Shown here piece after piece: positions 30,252-36,765 of a stretch of 36,765 nt of DNA. Source of the stretch: a virus; the IMG/VR virus record IMGVR_UViG_3300027796_000023. The stretch is one strand, 5' to 3'. How positions within the stretch are numbered: the first letter of the stretch is position 1; every line of letters begins with the position of its first letter. A program made the position numbers and the translations under genes. The notes under the pieces were generated by a model. The model searched no databases. It had not been told where the DNA came from and saw only the letters and a program-made list of their open reading frames with translations.

Positions 30252-32130
30252 ATTATTCACCGAGGCAGATATCGCGGAAATGACGAGCAGGGTCGCGAAT
30301 ATATTCCGGAGCGCGATCCCGGAGCGGATAACGACAATGCTCGTTTCCGAATGGGCCGAAAGGCGGCGCATTTTACCGAAGGGATTAACGAGCAGGCCGG
30401 GGCCGTTCCGTTTTTCAGAAACTCCGTATATGCGCGAGATAGCCGACTGTCTATCCGAGTCGTCGCCGGTCCGAGAGGTCGCGCTTATGAAGGGCGCACA
30501 GCTTGGAGGAACAGTCGCCGTCGAGGAAAATTTCATCGGATACGCTATCGACGTTTGTCCCGGGCCTATGATGGCATTAACTGGCGACAAGGATATGGCC
30601 GACGTATGGATGGAAAAGCGCGTCGATCCTATGATCGAATCGGCCGGTCTCCGTCCGAAGATATTCTCGCAGGTAAAAAAACATCATGGACATAATACAG
30701 GCGACACGAAAAACGCGAAGGAATTCCCGGGAGGATTCCTGCTTGCCTATGGTCCGCGCTCCGGGTCTAAATTACGATCGAATGCTATCCAGTATTTAAT
30801 GCTCGACGAGGAGGACGCCTATCCGCTCGAGTTAGGGAATGAAGGCGATCCGATTGCGCTCGCGATCCGCAGGACAGACACGTTCGAAACGTCACGGAAA
30901 ATTTTGCATATTTCGACGCCGCTCGAAATGGAGACGTCAAGGATAAACGCCGCATACCTCGGAGGGGATCAGCGGAAATACTTTGTCCCGTGCAAAAAAT
31001 GCGGGACGATGCAAGTTCTCGAATGGTCAAACATGAAATATCTTACCGACGATCGGGGCCGGCTTGTGTATAACTCGGTTAGGTATAAATGCGCAAATTC
31101 AGACTGCGGGGCGGAGTGGACGAATTCCGACAAGGCGTTTTTTTTACCGCGCGGAGAATGGCGTCCTACGGCCGAGTCATCGCGCCGAAATTTTCGGTCG
31201 TATCACCTGTCGAGCCTGTACTCGTCTCCGGGGGCGCGATCATGGGAATCGATCGCAGAGGAATGGCTCGTGTCGAAGGACGAGCCCGCGAAACTGCGCA
31301 CGTTCGTTAATACGGTTCTCGGGGAACCATGGCAGGAACGCGGGGACGCGCCGGATCATGCGCGTATAATGATCCGGCGCGACCTCGAGCCATATTCCTC
31401 GGGGGAAACGCCGATCGGATCAGCTCCGCTCCTCGTTACACTTGGCGCCGACGTCCAGGAGGATCGCATCGAAGCGGAGATCGTTGCATGGTCGGTTGGA
31501 AAGGAATCGCACAGTATCGGGTATTATGTTCTCGAGGGCGATACATCGGACCTACAAGGCAAGGCATGGCGCGGCCTTGACGACCTGATATCGAACGAAC
31601 ACGCGGGGCTATCGATAACGCTCGCGCTCATCGATGCAGGATTCCGGACGTCGGTCGTATATCAATTTTGCGAACAGTACGAATCCGGCGTCATGCCATG
31701 TATGGGAGAATCCTCGCAGTCATATGGTCGGAGACTATTCGCGCTCCGCGACTGTCCAGGATATGCGACGCAGCGCGTAGACATACAAACCGGACAGCTC
31801 AAGGGCGAGCTATACGGATACCTGCAAAAGCCGTTTCCGTCCGAAGGACAGAATTTCCCGCCGGGGTTCTGTCATTTCCCAGCCGATTATCCGGAGCGAT
31901 ATTTTTTACAGCTCACCGCGGAAAAGCGGATCAGGGAGAAAACGCGCTCCGGGGCCGTTCGCTATATTTGGAAAACGATCCGCGATCGAAACGAGTCGCT
32001 CGACTGTCGCGTTTATGCGATGGCTGCGCTTTACGTTCTCGCCGCGAGGATCGGCGAGGAAGTAAGTCCCGATGAGCCGATCGCATGGGATCAATTTTGG
32101 ACGATGGTTCTCGCGTCAACAGCCGAATAA
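30244..32130 (+). CDS. terL: Terminase large subunit, lambda gpA family (628 aa)
   Basis: FVNTVLGEPWQERGDAPDHARIM is comparable to lambda FVNTTLGETWEAKIGERPDAEVM, and RNESLDCRVYAMAALYVL to RNEALDCFVYALAAL. The start is uncertain: TTG at 30244 or ATG at 30280. Confidence 0.9.
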   Translation: MSELFTEADIAEMTSRVANIFRSAIPERITTMLVSEWAERRRILPKGLTSRPGPFRFSETPYMREIADCLSESSPVREVALMKGAQLGGTVAVEENFIGYAIDVCPGPMMALTGDKDMADVWMEKRVDPMIESAGLRPKIFSQVKKHHGHNTGDTKNAKEFPGGFLLAYGPRSGSKLRSNAIQYLMLDEEDAYPLELGNEGDPIALAIRRTDTFETSRKILHISTPLEMETSRINAAYLGGDQRKYFVPCKKCGTMQVLEWSNMKYLTDDRGRLVYNSVRYKCANSDCGAEWTNSDKAFFLPRGEWRPTAESSRRNFRSYHLSSLYSSPGARSWESIAEEWLVSKDEPAKLRTFVNTVLGEPWQERGDAPDHARIMIRRDLEPYSSGETPIGSAPLLVTLGADVQEDRIEAEIVAWSVGKESHSIGYYVLEGDTSDLQGKAWRGLDDLISNEHAGLSITLALIDAGFRTSVVYQFCEQYESGVMPCMGESSQSYGRRLFALRDCPGYATQRVDIQTGQLKGELYGYLQKPFPSEGQNFPPGFCHFPADYPERYFLQLTAEKRIREKTRSGAVRYIWKTIRDRNESLDCRVYAMAALYVLAARIGEEVSPDEPIAWDQFWTMVLASTAE

Positions 32131-32136
32131 AAGCTA

Positions 32137-32165
32137 TTGACCGCTTGTCATCGCCATGATATAAT
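32137..32165 (+). promoter_or_regulatory. Near-consensus sigma70 promoter (TTGACC-17 nt-TGaTATAAT)
   Basis: The -35 is at 32137-32142 and the -10 at 32160-32165 with an upstream TG. It shares ATGATATAATACG with 9277-9289. Confidence 0.6.
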
Positions 32166-32208
32166 ACGGTCAACGATAAACTATTTTTATTTATATACGG
32201 GGGCTGGT

Positions 32209-32445
32209 ATGCGGACAAGCTCGGAAATACAGGCCGATTTAACCGAAGCGCGAACGGCGCTCCGGTCCGCTTTGTCCGCGCAATCATACTCCCTTGACAC
32301 CGGCCAGGGTAAACAAACCGTAAGCCGGGCTAATCTATCCGAAATAAAAAATTATATTCACGACCTCGAGATCGAGCTCGATCAGTCGACGGCCTCGGAA
32401 AACGGTTGCGGAGGGCTCGTCGCTGGCGAGTTACGTCGTCGCTAA
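32209..32445 (+). CDS. Head-tail joining protein, lambda gpW-like (78 aa)
   Basis: SSEIQADLTEARTALRSALSAQSYSLDTGQGKQTVSRANLSEIKNYIHDLEIEL is a gpW-type pattern. The gene lies between TerL and the portal, as in lambda. Confidence 0.65.
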   Translation: MRTSSEIQADLTEARTALRSALSAQSYSLDTGQGKQTVSRANLSEIKNYIHDLEIELDQSTASENGCGGLVAGELRRR

Positions 32446-34058
32446 TGGCTGGCATATTTGACCGAGTAAAACTTGCCGCCGACGCCATAGCTGGCCGCGT
32501 TTCCGCCGTTGCGCGTTGGGACTATCGTTCCGGAACGAAGTCCGGCTACATGATGGACGGATCGAAATTCCGCGGAGGGATGCTTTATCCGTCCGCGTTC
32601 GATTTCGATCATAACGCTTTACGAGATCGGAGTCGTGTCACATATTGGGAGACGTCGCAGGCCGCAGGGATTTTGAATAGTCTCGTCGATTCTGTCGTCG
32701 GGACAGGGCTTTCCGTCGAATGCTCTCCGCTCTGGTCGCTTATTGGCGACCATGGTCTCGACGAAAAAGCGCAGCACAAATTCGCGCGCGATATTGAAAC
32801 ACGATTTGATTTATATATGCGATCGCATGAACTCGACGCGACAGGCCGTCTCACGGGATACGAATTCCAGGGGTTCGAACAGCTAAATCGTTTTCGTGAT
32901 GGCGAGATCGTCGCGATCCTTCGCTACTCCGGCGACGCGAAAAGAATGTCGCCGCTATCCGTGCAGTTTATTCTCCCGGAGCAGGTCGTCGATCCGGCCG
33001 ACGCCTCCGTACTCGCCGCGGTCAAGGCGCGCGGGAATCGAGTTATTAATGGGATCGAAGTCGACGACGTCGGAAAAGAGATCGCGTTCCATATCGCCGA
33101 TATCGACGATCGCGGGAATATCGTCCCGACACGGACGACGCGCGTCCCGGTCTCCGGACCTTCTGGCCGTCGGTTCGTTCTCCATCCAATAATCGCCGAC
33201 ACGCTCGGCGCCGTTCGCGGGACTCCTCTCCTCGGGTCTGTCGTTCATGAACTCCAAAAAATTACCGACGGAACCGTCGCCGAACTCGAGGCAATGGTTC
33301 TGAACGCGACACTCGCCGTTTGGATCGAGCCAGGACAGGAACACGACTCGTCAAATGCGCTCACCGGAATAAAAAAACGCGGAACGACAGAAGCAGGAGC
33401 GCCGGCATATGACGACAAAACCGGAGCCGTGACGTTCGACCGGCCGGGCGTTATAATTCAAACGCTCAAGCGTGGTGAAAAAGTAAATTCGTTCGATTCT
33501 AAACGGCCGAACATAAATTTCCCAGAATTTGTTCGCCAGATTCTAACGCCGGTCGCAGCGTCGAAAGGCTGCCCGATCGAAGTACTCGAGAAAAAATTCG
33601 GGCAGAACTACAGCGCGAGCCGCGCGACGTTGCTTCTTTATTGGAATACCGTAAACCGCTGGCGCGAGGCCAATGCGTCGCAATTTACCGGCCAGATATT
33701 CGAAACATGGTTTGCGGAGGAAGTCACTGCCGGTCGCATCGCTGCGACTAATTTCGATACCACTCCGTTAATTCGTGCAGCATGGTTGAACTATAACCTC
33801 GTCGGCGATAAAATGCCGTCGATCAATCCGCTCGACGAGGCTCGGGCCGACGCTGAACGTATCGCGCAGGGCGCGAAAACGCGCGAGCGTAACGCGATGG
33901 AATATAACGCGACCGACTTCTCGGATAATGTAAAACGCCTAAAAATCGAGAACGATTCCCTCGCCGACGCGCAGGAAAAAATTATGAAATTACAAAACGG
34001 GCAAACTGCGCCAGAGACCGCGGACCCGGAAAAAACAAAAAACGAGGAAAATAAATGA
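32445..34058 (+). CDS. Portal protein, lambda gpB family (537 aa)
   Basis: The start is coupled by TAATG. The size and position fit, and the C-terminus is acidic. Confidence 0.8.
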   Translation: MAGIFDRVKLAADAIAGRVSAVARWDYRSGTKSGYMMDGSKFRGGMLYPSAFDFDHNALRDRSRVTYWETSQAAGILNSLVDSVVGTGLSVECSPLWSLIGDHGLDEKAQHKFARDIETRFDLYMRSHELDATGRLTGYEFQGFEQLNRFRDGEIVAILRYSGDAKRMSPLSVQFILPEQVVDPADASVLAAVKARGNRVINGIEVDDVGKEIAFHIADIDDRGNIVPTRTTRVPVSGPSGRRFVLHPIIADTLGAVRGTPLLGSVVHELQKITDGTVAELEAMVLNATLAVWIEPGQEHDSSNALTGIKKRGTTEAGAPAYDDKTGAVTFDRPGVIIQTLKRGEKVNSFDSKRPNINFPEFVRQILTPVAASKGCPIEVLEKKFGQNYSASRATLLLYWNTVNRWREANASQFTGQIFETWFAEEVTAGRIAATNFDTTPLIRAAWLNYNLVGDKMPSINPLDEARADAERIAQGAKTRERNAMEYNATDFSDNVKRLKIENDSLADAQEKIMKLQNGQTAPETADPEKTKNEENK

Positions 34059-34330
34059 CGATCGAAGTCGGAATTCTGGTCGCGGTTGTTGGGGTGGTCG
34101 TATCGGTCGCGGCGTTTTTTATCGCACGACTCAAGGACGCCGAGGAGCGCGGGGCGCTGAAACAGCGCGTCGCAGATTTGGAAAAACGGGCTGACGCGAC
34201 CGACGCGAAATTTGACGTCGTATTAAAAAAACTTGACGAGATCGCCGCTAAACTCGGAACGCTCGTAACGGAGCATCGAATTCGCGGGGACGGTCGTTCA
34301 TGTTTTGAACATGAAGGAATCGAAGGATAA
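34055..34330 (+). CDS. Membrane-anchored coiled-coil protein (91 aa)
   Basis: The N-terminal TM helix is VGILVAVVGVVVSVAAFFIA, followed by charged helical sequence. Confidence 0.55.
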   Translation: MTIEVGILVAVVGVVVSVAAFFIARLKDAEERGALKQRVADLEKRADATDAKFDVVLKKLDEIAAKLGTLVTEHRIRGDGRSCFEHEGIEG

Positions 34331-34341
34331 TCGGAGGCATT

Positions 34342-34752
34342 ATGACAGATTTTAGGACCGAAAAAAACGAGAACGTCGAGGCGCTAGTCGACAAGGTCTC
34401 GGAGTCCGCAGTCTCGACTCCCGAAGAAAATCACCGCATCAATGCGGGTAAACAATATTATGCACTTTATAGGGCTCGAGGAAGCGCCACGACACGATCG
34501 GAGCTCATAAAAACCGGTCCGAAGTTCTTACACTTGGCAATAGTACTATCGTCCGGGCTCGCAACGGAGGCGGAAATTTATGAAGGCGCGACCGTTACGG
34601 ACAACGGAACCGCGCTCGACAGGCGGAACTATAATCGCAATTTTGGCGATAATGACACCGGGGCGTTATTTTTTACAGGGCCGGCGTTTTCTGGCGGATT
34701 GTCAATCCGTCCGAACCAGTCAGGATTCGGGAGCAATCCCGGCGGGGCGTAG
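34342..34752 (+). CDS. Hypothetical protein (136 aa), possibly extended to 34884 by TAG read-through
   Basis: The ORF ends at the TAG at 34750-34752. The same frame stays open for 43 more codons and ends TGA at 34882-34884, overlapping the next ATG. Confidence 0.55.
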   Translation: MTDFRTEKNENVEALVDKVSESAVSTPEENHRINAGKQYYALYRARGSATTRSELIKTGPKFLHLAIVLSSGLATEAEIYEGATVTDNGTALDRRNYNRNFGDNDTGALFFTGPAFSGGLSIRPNQSGFGSNPGGA

Positions 34753-34880
34753 TCGGGCGCATCGCATGGATCGGCCGAGTATATTTTAAGGCCGAATACG
34801 AACTATATTTTTACACAAAAACCGGACGCATTAACCGACACGGTTTTACTCTTTGATTTTTATGAAACGGAGGTATCGGA

Positions 34881-35162
34881 ATGAACATCGACTGGCAGGT
34901 CGTCCTCTCCGCAGCGTTCGCCGCGATTGGAGTACTCGAGTATATAAAAGGATTTTTTAAGGAAGCTCCGGCGAATGTATGGCGCATTTTACAGCCGGTT
35001 TTATGCGTCGCGTTTGCGGCGACCGCGTCGCTCTTACCGTCATGGGTCATGGTCGGGATTCTCGCGCTATCGCTTTCTCAAGTCGGATACCAGACAATCA
35101 TCGACACCGTGAAAAATCTGATCGCGTCTCGCGGACAGAAAAACGCGGAGGAAGGAAAGTGA
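34881..35162 (+). CDS. Holin-like multi-TM small membrane protein (93 aa)
   Basis: It has two or three hydrophobic segments (VVLSAAFAAIGVL; ILQPVLCVAFAATASLL; VMVGILALSLS) and a charged tail (RGQKNAEEGK). The SD GGAGG lies 7 nt upstream. Confidence 0.5.
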   Translation: MNIDWQVVLSAAFAAIGVLEYIKGFFKEAPANVWRILQPVLCVAFAATASLLPSWVMVGILALSLSQVGYQTIIDTVKNLIASRGQKNAEEGK

Positions 35163-36253
35163 AAACGATCAGCATCGATGGCGTTATCGGTTGGGACGTA
35201 TTCGCCGCAGATATCCGCGCGCAGATCAGGGACGCCGCTGGCGACGACTTGACGATCGAGCTCAATTCACCTGGCGGATCAGTGACGGAAGGGATCGCAA
35301 TTTTTAACGCGATAAAAAACGCATCGGGTAAAAAAACCGCGAGACTCGTCGGGCTTGCCGCATCGATGGGGTCATATATCCCGCTTGCCTGCGACGAGGT
35401 CGTCGCCGAGAAAAACGCGGTTTATATGATTCATAACGTACAAATGATTGCGGTCGGCGATCATAACGCTTTACGAAAATCGGCCGACGTTGGCGAAGGT
35501 CTGACGAAGATTCTCGCCTCCGCATATGTCGCCAAAACGGGTAAAACGGCCGAGGAAATTCGCGCGCTCATGGACGGAGACAAGGGCGCCGACGGTTCAT
35601 ATTTTTACGGCGACGAGATAAAGGAGGCGGGATTCGCTGACTCTGTCGACGGAGAAAAATCGGGAGATGACAAGGCGACCGCAGTCATCAAGACTCGGGC
35701 CGCCGTTGCTCTAGCCGACGACCTTATAAAAAGGTTGTCAACAGAAAAAGATATCGATAACGCCGCCGCAATGGTCGCAGAGTTCGCTCCGCGTTCCGTT
35801 GCGCAGCATAACGAGAAAAACGCCGGCGTTGCCGGCGCGCAGGCCGCAGGGCCAAAAGAAAAAGAGGGGGTCAAAAAAATGACTACCGAAAACGTAAAAG
35901 CCGAAGCGCCGGAAGTGGCCGAAGCTCTGCGGAACGAAGGCGTTCAGGTTGAACGCCGGCGCGTCGCGGGCCTTACCGCCTGGAAGGGGATCAGCGCCGA
36001 GGCTGACAAGATCGTCGAGGAGACGGTCGCAAACGGGAAAACCTACGAGGACGTAGCATCGCAGCTCGCCGCCGCCGCCGCGAAGGGAAAGTCCGCGGAG
36101 CCCGCAGGGGGCGACAATCCTCCCGCGGTTCCGTCCGCAAATGCGCAAACCGCATCGGGGGCGACCGGGCTCGACGAGCTCGATCGCGAGGCCATGGCTA
36201 TCTACGGGACCGCTCCCGCTGATTATCAGAAATTCAAGAAGGAGGCCGTCTAA
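35159..36253 (+). CDS. ClpP/S49-type prohead protease fused to a scaffold-like C-terminal domain (364 aa, GTG start)
   Basis: The protease motifs are LNSPGGSVTEGIAIFNAI...LAASMGSYIPLACD...MIHN. The GTG at 35159 follows GGAGGAAGG and overlaps the previous stop. The C-terminal half is Ala/Glu/Lys-rich. Confidence 0.8.
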   Translation: MKTISIDGVIGWDVFAADIRAQIRDAAGDDLTIELNSPGGSVTEGIAIFNAIKNASGKKTARLVGLAASMGSYIPLACDEVVAEKNAVYMIHNVQMIAVGDHNALRKSADVGEGLTKILASAYVAKTGKTAEEIRALMDGDKGADGSYFYGDEIKEAGFADSVDGEKSGDDKATAVIKTRAAVALADDLIKRLSTEKDIDNAAAMVAEFAPRSVAQHNEKNAGVAGAQAAGPKEKEGVKKMTTENVKAEAPEVAEALRNEGVQVERRRVAGLTAWKGISAEADKIVEETVANGKTYEDVASQLAAAAAKGKSAEPAGGDNPPAVPSANAQTASGATGLDELDREAMAIYGTAPADYQKFKKEAV

Positions 36254-36684
36254 TGGCAGCATTAACCGCTCCGCGCGTTCTCGAGTTCGTCGGGAACCAG
36301 GACGAAATTTCGCCGAAGGTTGCCGCGTCCGACACTTATTACAAGGGAATGCTCCTTTGTTATGACGCGAACGGATTCGCCGCCGAACCGACCGACGCCG
36401 CCGCCTTAATTCCTGCGGGAATTGTTTCCGGCGTATTCGAAGGCGGGGAACGCGACGACGCTCTCGCCGTCGGAACTACCGCAGCCCGCGCAGTCCTCAA
36501 GCGTGGAAAAGTTTGGCTCCCGTTCACGGGCGCCGCGCAGTCGAATGTGGGCGAGATTTTTTACATCGCCGACGATCAGACCCTAACGCAGACCGCCGGA
36601 TCGAAAACCGTCGGCCTGGTCGCTCTCGATTTCAAGGCCGGATACCTGCTCTTTGACCTCCGGACCTATGATCGCATCGCGTAA
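36253..36684 (+). CDS. Head decoration / cement-like protein (DUF2190-like, 143 aa)
   Basis: The gene lies between the protease and the capsid gene (after wrap-around). The pattern is GMLLCYDANGFAAEP...IPAGIVSGV...GKVWLPF. Confidence 0.55.
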   Translation: MAALTAPRVLEFVGNQDEISPKVAASDTYYKGMLLCYDANGFAAEPTDAAALIPAGIVSGVFEGGERDDALAVGTTAARAVLKRGKVWLPFTGAAQSNVGEIFYIADDQTLTQTAGSKTVGLVALDFKAGYLLFDLRTYDRIA

Positions 36685-36765
36685 AAGGAGACCATAGAAA
36701 ATGGCACTTAATCCCGTAGTAATCGAACGCGGCCTCCGGGTCGAGTTCGCGCGTCAAATGGCAGC
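36639..36765. repeat. Terminal direct repeat, right copy (identical to 1..127)
   Basis: See the left copy. It contains a duplicate of the capsid gene start (ATG at 36701). Confidence 0.9.

Noticed and set aside
36639-36765. 127-bp terminal repeat as a biological direct terminal repeat or a duplicated capsid gene start
   Set aside because: The repeat boundaries fall inside ORFs and the copies are perfectly identical, which is the signature of a circular assembly overlap. The Nu1/gpA terminase also predicts cos ends elsewhere.

Overview
The window is one complete tailed-phage genome that closes on itself: bases 1-127 are identical to 36639-36765, giving a unit of 36638 bp. By eye the backbone is mid-50s % GC, and every confident gene except one is on the + strand.

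The late region runs 29577 -> wrap -> 14016. It encodes lambda-like packaging and head genes (Nu1-type TerS, gpA-type TerL, gpW, gpB-type portal, ClpP-type prohead protease/scaffold, decoration-like protein). These are followed by a Mu gpT-like major capsid and a Mu/P2-like contractile tail: sheath, tube, chaperone with a -1 frameshift, tape measure, Mu gp43-48-like baseplate and tail fibre. An overlapped i-/o-spanin pair closes the region, implying a diderm host.

The early region (14108-25659) encodes an Arc-like RHH protein, a DUF4406 protein, a secreted SLT endolysin and a Toprim primase-helicase. It also holds a decayed DNA-methyltransferase remnant, a VRR-NUC nuclease, an SF2 helicase, a YqaJ exonuclease, RecT, an HTH protein, SSB and a papain-like peptidase. 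I found no integrase, transposase or partition genes.

The most unusual region is a ~3 kb low-GC island (25660-28660, roughly 30 % GC by eye) between the early operon and the only minus-strand gene, an RHH regulator. It carries a 729-aa leaderless S8 subtilase and two small ORFs. Each ORF is followed by an imperfect-palindrome element that looks like an integron attC site (RYYYAAC ... GTTRRRY, with two conserved bulged bases). This suggests an integron-type cassette array captured by a phage, with no intI in the window.

Other notable non-coding structure:
- an operator array and a 12-copy GCGCAACA iteron field around an AT-rich palindrome upstream of terS (candidate cos or ori)
- a 400-nt GC-rich structured leader/ncRNA with a tRNA/tmRNA-like acceptor/T-arm module between exo and recT
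- a second degenerate tRNA-like cloverleaf
- duplicated promoter elements
- an in-frame TAG that may be read through

All functional calls come from motif recognition by eye. No searches were run.
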